A stretch of DNA of 32,000 nucleotides from NCBI GenBank assembly GCA_900234795.1, contig LT962688.1:5520001-5552000 (forward strand), given 5' to 3'. This DNA comes from Methylorubrum extorquens. Its GTDB lineage: Bacteria; Pseudomonadota; Alphaproteobacteria; Rhizobiales; Beijerinckiaceae. The notes beneath the pieces are model-generated. The model did no database searches. It was given only the letters and a program-made list of their open reading frames with translations, and was not told the origin of the DNA. This document shows positions 9,175 to 18,341 of this stretch, piece after piece. The first letter of the stretch is position 1, and every line of letters begins with the position of its first letter. A program made the translations under genes and the position numbers.

Positions 9175-11487
9175 ATGCGAAGTAAACCGAAAGACTCATT
9201 CGCAGTGGTCCAACACGGCGAGGCATCATTATCATCGGACAGCATCGAACAAGATGGAGTCGAAATCAGTACGGCTGTGGCCGATGCAACCGAAGCTGTA
9301 GCGTTTATCGCAGAAGCAGCATTCTCAGAGAATGACACAAGGATACGCGGCAGCTCCGTATCGACTGACGTGCACACCTACGAATTCTCAAATATTGCAA
9401 GCGTAGAAGCCTATTTTCGTGCGGCGCTATCTTCATCACAGGCAGAAGTCGTGGCCGAAAAATCGATCACGGCAGAAACTCTGCCTATCAGAGTAACTAG
9501 TGGGTTTGCTTCGAAGGGCAGATCCTCCTTCAAGGAATTACGAGCTCAAGCCGCCGAACGCGAGCAAGCGGCTGAAGCGGGGTGTAATGAACGCCGGCAA
9601 CGCAAGCCAGCGAAGCAGAAGCGCGTCATTGCCGCCTTGCGAGCCCAAGTGGAAAATGATCCGCAATACAAATCAGCATGTGAGGAGGCGAAGCGGGTGC
9701 AGCAGCGCTACGCTGCCGCGCTTAAATCACAGTCTGACAGCTCGCCGGTAGCGCGTCGCTCCCTTACGGAAGTCGAGAATGCTGCAAATTTCGCCCAAGA
9801 TTTCTACCTTGTGAATCTCGCGGCGATAGCAACCCGGATAGAACGGTGTGGCTCTGAGGACGCCTTCGCTTGCGGCTCGGACTATTGCCCACACTGCAGA
9901 AAACGCTTCGGCGCCAGGCTCCTCGAAGATACGCAGGTGCAACTATCGCGTCGTTACGGTCAGGATTTGGAACAAGCTCGCAACGAGCTTGTTCATGTTA
10001 CCATCCTCAATGACATCGTGATCCCGGATCCGGACCTTGATAGAGATTACCTGGCGAATTTCTCCGCTTCTACAATCCGCCGTGACCATCGTGAGCTGCT
10101 AGCTTACTTGAAGAGGTGGCAGTCTGATCGCCGCAGCGCGATGTCTCACTTGCTTGCTAAGCGAAAGCTGAGCATGGAGCTTATCGAAGATTGGATGACG
10201 GCAGAAAATCGGGACAGACGGTTCTATAGTGCTGATAATCTGTACGCAGACGCTATTCAGCTCGTTAGATTCAACGAGTTAATCGAAAGCGCGCACCGTA
10301 AGTTCAAAAGAAAGCGGGACTGGCTTAAAAATCCGCCGAATGATTTTGTCTCTTGGCGCGCTGCTGAAGATGTGGATCCCTATATGTGGCAGCTAAGAAA
10401 GGCTCAGACTCTCAGCAGAGACGACATATTCAAGCTCGCGCACGGACTACAATGCCTCGACCGGCAATTCGAAGGTCTCACGAAAACTAATTTCCCCGAA
10501 AGGCTTAAGTTTAAGAGTTCGATTGAGAAGGTAATGAGGAGGGAGCGAAGTAAGCTATATCGACTCAATAAGGACTTGCCGGGAATTTCGCTCATCGGAC
10601 AGTTTGAGCTCGAGTTGGTTGATTTGCGTCATTCGATCGGGGGCACCCATCAGCATCGGACCAAATCGCAGACGTTGCGAGCGCTCGCATCGCAGCCCCG
10701 AAAGCCATTAAAGCCGCGAAAATCAGACGAGCCACCTTCAGCTGAGGCAGAGCGCCGTCGGATAAAGCAGACCGCAAAAGCTCGGCTACTCGACGAAGCA
10801 CGCGAACGGATTACAGGAAATCGCGAACTGCCTGAAAGCGACTTTCCCGGCCTGCAGTTTGCTGTCCTTCTGCATATCCACGCGTTCGTAGACCTAAACG
10901 GTCACTCTCGAGATGACCTCGAACGATGGTTGTCTGGCAAGCAGGTCGGAACACGGAAGTTCAAAGGTTTCTGGAGGCTCCCATATCAGGTGATGGTGAA
11001 GAAGTTATTCGAAGCTAAGCCTATCAACGATAGCCTTCGGGATATCAGCTTCTACCCCTTTAAGGGTCCAACGACTTTCAATTACGAAAACACGGCTCCA
11101 AAGCACGATGAGGATCTGCCAGATGAGGATCCTGCCAACTTTTCCGATGAAGCGCTCGCGCTGCTCGCATGGCTGCAGGTCGGGATCGGGCACGAGAGTC
11201 TAAGGCTTTCGATCAACTGGCCGAGCGTGGACCGAGAGCGTCGTGGCCGGAAGCCGAACAAGACCGTCATCCCAAAAGTGACTGAGGAAGAGTTCTACGA
11301 GGAGATCGAGCCGATGCTGGCTGAGCGGGGGCTGAGCCTTCCCACAGAACCTTCAGGTCAGACAGATCTGAGCGAGCTGTTCGAGGCTGAAGACATTCGA
11401 GAGGGTATGAGTAGAGGCTCGCGCAATGACGAATGTGAGGAAGAGGGCGATATTAACGACACTGCTGCATCTCCCTCCCAGGATTAG
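9175..11487 (+). CDS. large HUH-superfamily protein, Rep_1-like rolling-circle initiator/relaxase candidate
   Basis: 770-aa ORF in a ~50% GC patch. Ordered motifs: Cys cluster RIERCGSEDAFACGSDYCPHCRKR (9847-9906); motif I-like LVHVTILND (HVTIL at 9994-10008); QFELELVD; HUH motif LLHIHAFVDL (HIH at 10873-10881); Tyr motif ISFYPFKG (Tyr at 11053-11055, Y-x-x-K). Long acidic or low-complexity N- and C-terminal extensions. Confidence 0.6.
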   Translation: MRSKPKDSFAVVQHGEASLSSDSIEQDGVEISTAVADATEAVAFIAEAAFSENDTRIRGSSVSTDVHTYEFSNIASVEAYFRAALSSSQAEVVAEKSITAETLPIRVTSGFASKGRSSFKELRAQAAEREQAAEAGCNERRQRKPAKQKRVIAALRAQVENDPQYKSACEEAKRVQQRYAAALKSQSDSSPVARRSLTEVENAANFAQDFYLVNLAAIATRIERCGSEDAFACGSDYCPHCRKRFGARLLEDTQVQLSRRYGQDLEQARNELVHVTILNDIVIPDPDLDRDYLANFSASTIRRDHRELLAYLKRWQSDRRSAMSHLLAKRKLSMELIEDWMTAENRDRRFYSADNLYADAIQLVRFNELIESAHRKFKRKRDWLKNPPNDFVSWRAAEDVDPYMWQLRKAQTLSRDDIFKLAHGLQCLDRQFEGLTKTNFPERLKFKSSIEKVMRRERSKLYRLNKDLPGISLIGQFELELVDLRHSIGGTHQHRTKSQTLRALASQPRKPLKPRKSDEPPSAEAERRRIKQTAKARLLDEARERITGNRELPESDFPGLQFAVLLHIHAFVDLNGHSRDDLERWLSGKQVGTRKFKGFWRLPYQVMVKKLFEAKPINDSLRDISFYPFKGPTTFNYENTAPKHDEDLPDEDPANFSDEALALLAWLQVGIGHESLRLSINWPSVDRERRGRKPNKTVIPKVTEEEFYEEIEPMLAERGLSLPTEPSGQTDLSELFEAEDIREGMSRGSRNDECEEEGDINDTAASPSQD

Positions 11488-11731
11488 ATCCACCGGTTCT
11501 GAGAAAATATCTCGCTAACCCAACAACTTAATCTATGCCGCGGTTTGCTCTGAAGCCAAACCGATAAGGCGTGCTGTCGAATTCGCATAAAATTATGCAT
11601 CCCAGTCAAATGGGCGTGCACGCAGACCTTGCAACCAAAAAATCCGCGATGAACTCGATGCCTCGCTTTCCGCAAGCGAGAACGGCCGAGCCTTGCCTCG
11701 GGCGATCGGGTCGTCGTGCCCACCTACGAGG

Positions 11732-12058
11732 ATGACCATGACCATCGACCCTACCCGCATCGACAGAGACAGGCTGGATCAACTCCGACGCGACGTTGCC
11801 GAGAAGCACGGCATCGACCTGTACCTTCAGTATACGGAACAGCAGGCTGCCTTCCTGCTGATCCGCCCCGACGAACGGTCCGCAAGGCGTGCTGACTGCT
11901 CGACGCTGAAGCGCAAGCGCCGCGCAGGCAAGATCCCTCACGTGCCCCTAGGGAACAACTCAGTCGCCTACTTCGGGATGATGCTGTGCGATTTCCTAAT
12001 GTTCGGCGAACAGTCCGTCACGCTTTGGGGTGCAAGCGACGAGCGATCCCAACAGTAA
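11732..12058 (+). CDS. AlpA/excisionase-like HTH protein (putative Xis/regulator)
   Basis: YTEQQAAFLL....STLKRKRRAGKIPHVPLGNNSVAYFGMMLCDFL resembles the MerR-superfamily excisionase/AlpA (HTH_17) core, with an insertion. It sits directly upstream of the integrase. GAGG precedes tandem ATGs at 11732 and 11738, and the second is better spaced. Confidence 0.55.
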   Translation: MTMTIDPTRIDRDRLDQLRRDVAEKHGIDLYLQYTEQQAAFLLIRPDERSARRADCSTLKRKRRAGKIPHVPLGNNSVAYFGMMLCDFLMFGEQSVTLWGASDERSQQ

Positions 12059-12134
12059 GTCTCAGCAGACGGAGCTGCTCTTCCATTGTGAGATAGGGGA
12101 GGGCGGTGTGTGAGATTGGAGGCAGGAGGGTGAG

Positions 12135-13268
12135 GTGGGCCGATACACGAAGCGTGAGCACGTGGCGGGCAGGTTCTGGCTCGACAAACGATCAAACAGC
12201 CCTGCCTACTGTATCTGCTGGCTAGAAGGTCGCCAGGTCAGGCGCAAATCGACCGGGACCGACGACCTCGATGCGGCAATCCGGGTGCTGAAGGCGCACT
12301 ACCTGTCGGAAGATTCGCCCGAAGTCCAAGACGTCTCTCGCGTTCCGCTCGCGGATGTCGTGCAAGCGTACTACCTGCAACACGGTCAGCATCTCCCCGC
12401 GGCCAAGTGGCTGAGATACGCTGTTGCCCACTGGGTTCGCTTCTTTGGCGAGACGATTAGCGTTTGGAATGCGACCCGTCCGCCTCGGATTGAGCGGTTC
12501 ATCGATGACTTGCGGGAGCGGGGGCTAAAGCCTTCGTCGATCAATGCGGTCCTTACGGCGGGCAAGGCTGCGCTGAATCGATCGTGGAGGCGAGGCGAGC
12601 TAACCCGGCAGATCCATGTGCCTAGTATCAAGGTAACGAGAATGCAGCCAAAGGGGCGGCCGCTGTCGGTTGAAGAATGTGCAGCCTGGCTCGATGCCTC
12701 GGCCCCGCACTTCCACACCTTGTTATTCGTTTGCCTTGCTACCGGCAGCCGACCTGAGGCCGTGAAAGAACTCCGATGGGAGCAGGTCGACTTCGAGGAC
12801 GGGCTCCTCCATCTCAACCCTGAAGAGCGTGAGCAAACGAGCAAGCATAGGCCCGTCGTGAAGATGCCGCCGATTCTCATCGCGTATATGCGTCAGCTTC
12901 CACGAGAATCGGATTTCGTGGTCAGCTATCGAGGCAGGCCGGTCGACCGGTACTACACCGCGCTAGGCGAGGGTCGTAAGCGGGCCGGACTCGATGAGCG
13001 GGTCAACCTTTACAGTGCACGTCATACGGTGGCGCGCTGGATGCGTAAGGAACGTGTACCAATCGAGGAGATTTCCGGCCAGCTTGGCCACCGCGTCAGG
13101 GGATTTGCAATTACAGAGATCTACGCTGCGTACTCGCCGGACTACCAACAAAATGCGACCTCGGCGCTGGAGCGGCTGTTGCACGCGATCGCGACACGGG
13201 CACAGTCATGCCACACCCTCATTGGATCTAGTACAACCAATGTTGGGGATCGAATTCTGGCCGACTGA
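12135..13268 (+). CDS. tyrosine site-specific recombinase (phage-type integrase)
   Basis: 377-aa ORF. SAM-like N-domain (...AKWLRYAVAHWVRFFGE...FIDDLRERGLKPSSINAVLTAGKAAL). Catalytic-domain signatures LLFVCLATGSRPEAVKELRWEQVDF, YSARHTVARWM, GHRVRGFAITEIYAAY (R..H-x-x-R..Y). GTG start preceded by GGAGGCAGGAGG. Confidence 0.9.
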   Translation: MGRYTKREHVAGRFWLDKRSNSPAYCICWLEGRQVRRKSTGTDDLDAAIRVLKAHYLSEDSPEVQDVSRVPLADVVQAYYLQHGQHLPAAKWLRYAVAHWVRFFGETISVWNATRPPRIERFIDDLRERGLKPSSINAVLTAGKAALNRSWRRGELTRQIHVPSIKVTRMQPKGRPLSVEECAAWLDASAPHFHTLLFVCLATGSRPEAVKELRWEQVDFEDGLLHLNPEEREQTSKHRPVVKMPPILIAYMRQLPRESDFVVSYRGRPVDRYYTALGEGRKRAGLDERVNLYSARHTVARWMRKERVPIEEISGQLGHRVRGFAITEIYAAYSPDYQQNATSALERLLHAIATRAQSCHTLIGSSTTNVGDRILAD

Positions 13269-13353
13269 CTTGATTCTTTGGAAATTCGCTCACAACATCC
13301 ATCTTATCTGCCTCATGTGATCAGCAAATAGTGGCACGCAGTCAGAGGGTTGA

Positions 13354-13378
13354 CCGGCGGCTCCGCCGGATCGCTTTT
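13354..13378 (+). terminator. hairpin plus T-tract downstream of the integrase
   Basis: CCGGCGG-CT-CCGCCGG perfect 7-bp stem (13354-13369), followed by ATCGCTTTT. About 85 nt after the integrase stop. Confidence 0.4.
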
Positions 13379-13673
13379 ACTTGGGCAAATTCCACAGCAT
13401 CTCGTAAGCGGACGCTGTGGCGGCCGGCATCTCGGGTGTCATTCGCCAGCCCTAAGCTGACGCCGCTCGGGCGCACCCATTGCGTGATGTGCCAGGACGT
13501 CGGCCCCGGCGTGGTCGCCGATCCCGACCGGCGGGGCGGCCTGAGGATGGTCTTCACGTTGGACCCAGCGAGCCTATGTCGGCGAGCTCGGACCGGCGGC
13601 CGAGGGGGCTGCGTGGGACACTGTTGGGTACACGCGTTTCCTGCGTTTCGGTGCCTACCCGATCCCGGGCGAC

Positions 13674-14381
13674 GTGAATGGCCTTTCGGACGGAGGCCTC
13701 TACTTCAAGGCTGCCTCGCCGAAGCGCTTCGACTGTGAGGACTTCAGGGCGTTCTACGATGGGCTCGTCGCAAACAGGGAGCCGGGGGACGATGACCCGC
13801 TTTGGATGCGGCAGCACCTGCCGGTGACGCCTGAAACCTGCCGGATGCTGTTGGTCAACGACGAGCGGACCGCGTTCGGTATCTGGCGCTCCTTCGCCGA
13901 GCTCCCGGAGCCGTCAGTACTGCCGCGGGATGCGGAAGACGATGTGGGACCGGGACGCGGTTCTCGGGAGCCGGGTCATGAGGCGGCCGTGGTTCCTGTA
14001 GGCGACGGGCCTACCGTCGCAGCCGTCCGGGCCGGGCTCGTGGCAGCCTCCGGGGTCGACGCCGACGCATCGCTGCCGCTGGCGTTCCGCGCGTTCGTCC
14101 TCGACGAGCACGAGCCCCTGGCCGACCTCGCATCCCGGGCGGCGCAAGCGTTCCGCAATCCCGGGGAGCGGTCGGCCGTGCACGTCGCGACGCTGGGGTA
14201 CGCCTCGGCTGCCCGCCGCTTGCCGGCCCCTCTTATCCCGACCCTCGCGGATGGCATCCAATGGCTTGCTGAGCGGCCTTGGCACAGACCCTTGCGAGAG
14301 GCCACGCTGGAGGTCGACGGCATCGCTATGCTGGGGGTGGCGCTCGGGTCGCGCGAAAGCGACGGCACGCGCCCGGTCTAA
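13674..14381 (+). CDS. hypothetical protein (possibly 5'-truncated)
   Basis: 235-aa high-GC ORF with a GTG start. The same frame stays open and protein-like upstream to 13545 (AAWDTVGYTRFLRFGAYPIPGD) with no start codon. No family recognised. Confidence 0.4.
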   Translation: MNGLSDGGLYFKAASPKRFDCEDFRAFYDGLVANREPGDDDPLWMRQHLPVTPETCRMLLVNDERTAFGIWRSFAELPEPSVLPRDAEDDVGPGRGSREPGHEAAVVPVGDGPTVAAVRAGLVAASGVDADASLPLAFRAFVLDEHEPLADLASRAAQAFRNPGERSAVHVATLGYASAARRLPAPLIPTLADGIQWLAERPWHRPLREATLEVDGIAMLGVALGSRESDGTRPV

Positions 14382-14447
14382 GCTAGGACGTTGTTTTTGT
14401 TGAGGTTGTTCCCGGCGGGTGCGCCGCTGTAGAGCGTGCTCGCGCGT

Positions 14448-15668
14448 TCAGTGGTGACGTCTCCGCTTCACCGCACCTCGAAGAATGCGGGCGAGCTCAT
14501 CAGCCGAGTAGGGCTTGCGCAGAACCTCGAACCCATGCGCGTCATCCTGCGCAAGCACGTGGCTGTAGCCGGACGTCAGAACCACTGGCAGGTCCGGATG
14601 GATGTCTCTGAGCCTTCTGGCGAGCTCGATCCCTCCTATGCCGGGCATCACCACGTCGGAGAACACCGCATCAAAGTTGGACGCCGACTCCTCAACAGCG
14701 TCGAGCGCTGCTTCCGCGTTCTGGGTCCAGACAGGGCTGTGACCGAGGTCCTCCAAGATCTGCGTGCAGAAGCGTCCAACCTCCAGATTGTCCTCCACTA
14801 CCAGGATGCACAGACCCAAATCACCCGCAGTCTCTTCCGGCTGATTCGCCGCGGGGGTACCCATGTTTTTTGGGAGGTCGACCTGCGGCAGGTAGAGGAT
14901 GAAGGTCGTGCCCTCGCCCAGGGTACTGCGCACGTCAACGTCACCGCCCGACTGCTTGGCAAAGCCGATGACTTGGCTCAGGCCGAGCCCTGTACCCTTG
15001 CCAATCTCCTTCGTCGTGAAGAACGGCTCAAAGATGCGCGTAAGGTCGGCCTGAGCGATGCCCCTGCCGGTGTCCGTGACCGACACGGCCACGAACCGGC
15101 CGGAGGAGGCACCGGCGTGCCCGCGGATCGGTGGCATCGGGGTCCCAGCATTGAGGTGCAGGGTGAGCCTGCCCTCGCCGTCCATCGCGTCCCGCGCGTT
15201 TACTGCGATGTTGACCAGCGCCGTCTCGAACTGGCTGGCGTCGGCCCGAACGTAGCAGTGCTCGCCGGGCAAGTCGGTGACGACCCGAATGCGAGCGCCA
15301 GTCACCGCGTCGAGCATGTCCGAGATGGCCCGAAGACGCTCCGAAACCTCGAACACCTCGGGCCTGAGGGGCTGCCGCCGCGCGAAGGCCAACAGCTGGC
15401 TGGTCAGCTTCGCCGCCCGGTCGACCGTATCCGATACCGCGTTCAGATAGCGACGCTTGCGCTCCTCCGCCAAGTCGGGCCGGCGCAGGAACTCGACGGA
15501 GGAGCGGATGATGGTCAGGAGGTTGTTGAAGTCGTGTGCCACGCCGCCTGTGAGCTGACCGATGGCCTCCAGCTTCTGCGATTGCCGCAGCGCTTCCTCT
15601 GCCAGGCGCTGCTCCGTGATGTCGCGGCCGAAGCCGTACAGCACCCCATCCTCGGGAACGTCGTGCAC
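14448..15668 (-). pseudogene. hybrid sensor histidine kinase/response regulator, 5'-truncated (sensor domains lost)
   Basis: The ORF opens in the last strand of a PAS domain (GVLYGFGRDITEQRLAEEALRQSQKLEAIGQLTGGVAHDFNNLL = H-box). It continues through HATPase_c (NARDAM, DTGRGI, GKGTGLGLS) and a REC domain (ILVVEDN...DVVMPG...KPY). A stop lies immediately upstream (D*IDSHGVHDV), and only an alternative GTG start is available. Confidence 0.75.
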
Positions 15669-15703
15669 GCCGTGGCTGTCGATCTAATCTGAGGTTCTTC
15701 CAG

Positions 15704-15734
15704 CCCCGCCCGGCTCAGCCGCGGCGGGGTTTTT
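15704..15734 (+). terminator. orphan rho-independent-terminator-like hairpin
   Basis: CCCCGCC (15704-15710) / GGCGGGG (15723-15729) followed by TTTTT (15730-15734). It lies exactly where the truncated kinase homology ends, and no plus-strand gene ends here. Confidence 0.45.
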
Positions 15735-15975
15735 CGTACGCGCAGCTCATTGAGCGTGCCGTTCAACGGCGGGCCCTCCCCAATTTTCCGTCTCGCCACC
15801 AGGGAGGTGCCGCCACCTAAGATAGACGGCGTTCCAGACATTCCTGCACCATAATTTGTGCGGTCTTAAGCTTCGACCATTCAAATCATGTAATTTGATG
15901 CCAAAAATCGCGCGCTTGAACCAATGCCTTATCTAACGACTTTCATTGATGAGGCAGAATTTATTGGCGGATAAG

Positions 15976-16212
15976 ATGACTATGAAATGTTCTGTATTCC
16001 TACTCGCCATAGCAGCGTGTGGATCATCCGCGCTCGCTCAGGAGGAGTCTGCTGCCACTCGCACATCCGCTGATGAGGCTCCTTGGCAAAAGCAGTGCAT
16101 GGACAAAGCGAACCACGACAAGCTTGGAACGAATCGGCGGCTGACATTTATGATTCAATGCGTAGCAGGCGCCAAGCTTGATGCTTCTTCGAAGCCCGCG
16201 CCGCAAAAGTAG
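15976..16212 (+). CDS. PsiF-like small secreted protein
   Basis: Signal peptide MKCSVFLLAIAACGSSALA, then WQKQCMDKANHDKLGTNRRLTFMIQCV, which resembles the PsiF repeat (Q..C...A....L.G..R..FM..C). The start is ambiguous (15946, 15976 or 15982). Confidence 0.55.
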   Translation: MTMKCSVFLLAIAACGSSALAQEESAATRTSADEAPWQKQCMDKANHDKLGTNRRLTFMIQCVAGAKLDASSKPAPQK

Positions 16213-16335
16213 AGGCTCCGCGCCAGCAAATGGAGCATTCACATTCAATCAAAGTAAGACCATGGCCACCTTTGCGGCTGCGCCGATAGAGGACCCTGCG
16301 AGGCGATTTCCCCCGAGCCAGTCCTGCTTTGGCAG

Positions 16336-16707
16336 CTACGAAAGGGCGACAGCGACAAGGATGCCGGTCAGGAAGATGGCCGCGAAGATAGGGACTACCC
16401 GATGCTCGATGTTCTGCCCACGCATGAACACGAAGGCACTGAGGATTGCATAGGCGATCCCGCCGCCCAGCGCTTCTCCCACTGCCGCAACAAAGAATAT
16501 TTCGGTGTATGTTGCGAGCGATTGCCCTCTTATAATATAAAATCCACTCATTGATAGAGCGCCATAAAGCATCAACCCAGAAGATAAGAGCCAAGACTGC
16601 CGGCCACTGCCGCGCTCTCTCTGAAACGCCCTCCAGGCAAGTGCGAACAGGAACGCGTTAAGGACCGTAGCAGCAGCAATCGGCGGCAACAGGCTGGTGA
16701 GCGGCAA
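16336..16707 (-). CDS. small integral membrane protein (about 4 TM), hypothetical
   Basis: 123-aa ORF with four hydrophobic segments. Lower GC than the surroundings. No family recognised. Confidence 0.5.
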   Translation of the reverse strand: MPLTSLLPPIAAATVLNAFLFALAWRAFQRERGSGRQSWLLSSGLMLYGALSMSGFYIIRGQSLATYTEIFFVAAVGEALGGGIAYAILSAFVFMRGQNIEHRVVPIFAAIFLTGILVAVALS

Positions 16708-16831
16708 GGCATTGGTGTCCTGACGAGTTTTTTATGTGGCGAGTGCTGTCGCGCTCGGCAACTCGTCCGTTCTCTGGAACCTGCCACATTGCTCATACGG
16801 CCCTACAGAACTCTGTAAAGGCCGCTTTGCC

Positions 16832-17038
16832 TCAGCTGTGACTTATGATCATGGGCTGAACCTTGAGCGTAACAGCTTCGACCATGAGGCCGCCGTCTCG
16901 GACCTCGTCGGGCAAGTCCGAGTAGTCATAGTACCCAGCCTCATGCGCCATAGCGTCGAGCGCCCCAACCTCATTGTGGGCCGAGCCCACCCACAACACA
17001 GCGTCCGTACTGCGCTGCCTGACTTGAAAAACCTTCAT
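16832..17038 (-). CDS. small hypothetical protein
   Basis: MKVFQVRQRSTDAVLWVGSAHNEVGALDAMAHEAGYYDYSDLPDEVRDGGLMVEAV... GGGAGG lies 6 nt upstream of the internal ATG at 17038, so the ORF-track start at 17140 is probably too early. Confidence 0.4.
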   Translation of the reverse strand: MKVFQVRQRSTDAVLWVGSAHNEVGALDAMAHEAGYYDYSDLPDEVRDGGLMVEAVTLKVQPMIISHS

Positions 17039-17735
17039 CGCCGCCTCCCGCCATACCGCCCGAGAGGCAAGCGCCGGGTGGCACTGGGTGTTCCGTTCCC
17101 CTTTGCAGCGGCTCTGCCGGGTCGGAACTCTGTCATTCATCGGTCCTTCTCCCTATCGAGGCAAAACAAGGGAGGCGTTTCGCGCCCGATTAGAGCACTG
17201 CGCAAATCAGAGTCGTAGGCTCTCATCCTCCCGACCATACCCTGGGCAAGGGTCACAAGCCTGAAATGCCGTCTGGCCTCCCTTGCCCGGTGCGGTGAAG
17301 CCGGACAATGATCGAAGGTCGCCGCACAATTTATGGTAGCTTTGTTCGCTGTCGGCGCTTCGGCACACCTTTGAGACTTATCGACTGCCGACGCGTACCC
17401 CGTGTCTCCTAGCCCATGATCGGCCTCCAACGCCTCATGGTGGCAATGACATCACTGCCGTCAATCATGCTTGAGCTTGAGCTTCACCTTGGCCCCATGA
17501 CCTTCGAAAGGTACGATGCGCATGAATATTAGGAAGTTTAGCACCTTTTTCACAGAAATATATTATAAGATAATATCAGGCAAATAAGTCCGCAGGGGTT
17601 TTAAATAAAATCTCGTGCTACCATTTAACTACAGCGAAGCGATCTGAATTAATCGCTTTGCGGCCGAATTTGAATGGGTTGCGTTCTCATCTTCTTCCGG
17701 TGCCTGTATCAAATTATATTTTGAGGGTGGTTCAA

Positions 17736-18341
17736 ATGTCGAACAATCAGAACGCCAGCGTCGGCAAGCAGAATGGCCAGGACGCTCGCATCGCTGAAGC
17801 AGCCAAAGCCAATTCCACCCACGCAGCTGATACAGGCGCCGAGCATGGCAAGCGGTTTGCTGACGCAGCGCAGGAGGGCTTCAACAAGACGGTCGATTTG
17901 CGCGAGAAGGCAACTGAAGCCACAAAGCAGGTGATGCAGAACGGCGTCGACACGGCCACGCAGCAGGCTCGCGAGGCGGCCGATCGCTTCTCAAAGACGC
18001 TCGGCTTCTCAGGCGAGGACAGTGAGCGTCTGGCGCGTCAGTCGAAGCAAAACATCGAAGCCGTCACTCGTTGCGGCACGGTCCTCAGCCAAGCGTTCCA
18101 GGATACCTCACGCAACCTGTTCGATCTCGGTCAGAAGGAGTTCCAGCGAAATCTGGAGGGCCTAACTAAGCTGACCCGGGCTAAGTCGGTTCAGGAGTTC
18201 GCGGCCATTCAGAGCGATCTGATGCGCGAGGGTTTGCAGAACATGGTTCAGGACAGCAGGGCAATTACCGAAACATCCGCCCGAGCAGTTGAGGAGGCGA
18301 GCAAGACCTTCGCCAGTGTCACTGTCGCTCCGGCACGCTGA
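17736..18341 (+). CDS. phasin-family protein (PHA granule-associated)
   Basis: 201 aa, Ala/Gln/Glu-rich and all-helical. The C-terminal half (NLFDLGQKEFQRNLEGLTKLTRAKSVQEFAAIQSDLMREGLQNMVQDSRAITETSARAVEEASKTF) is typical of Phasin_2 proteins. GAGGGTGG SD upstream of ATG 17736. Long AT-rich leader (17430-17735). Confidence 0.75.
   Translation: MSNNQNASVGKQNGQDARIAEAAKANSTHAADTGAEHGKRFADAAQEGFNKTVDLREKATEATKQVMQNGVDTATQQAREAADRFSKTLGFSGEDSERLARQSKQNIEAVTRCGTVLSQAFQDTSRNLFDLGQKEFQRNLEGLTKLTRAKSVQEFAAIQSDLMREGLQNMVQDSRAITETSARAVEEASKTFASVTVAPAR

Noticed and set aside
8884-13274. The shared heptamer ACTTGA(C/T)T near both borders of the Rep-Xis-Int module (8884-8891 and 13268-13275). It resembles the CTTGATA nick site of pC194-type origins and could be an att core.
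   Set aside because: It is only 7 nt with a mismatch, so chance occurrence in AT-richer DNA is likely. I could find no longer direct repeat by eye.
13331-13380. A tRNA-like 3' end downstream of the integrase (TGGCACGCAGTCAGAGGGTTGACCGG...).
   Set aside because: No T-loop consensus (GGTTCGAAT-like) and no acceptor/T-stem pairing could be drawn. The palindrome there is better read as a simple hairpin.
14436-15692. Long ORFs antisense to real genes, for example 14436-15692(+), 28171-29385(+), 23083-24153(-), 24927-25637(-)/31009-31719(+), 1391-2314(-), 266-745(+) and 20293-20880(-).
   Set aside because: They are Arg/Pro/Gly/Ala-rich shadow ORFs, typical of the opposite strand or off-frames of high-GC genes. 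They have no motifs, and each overlaps a gene with a clear family signature.
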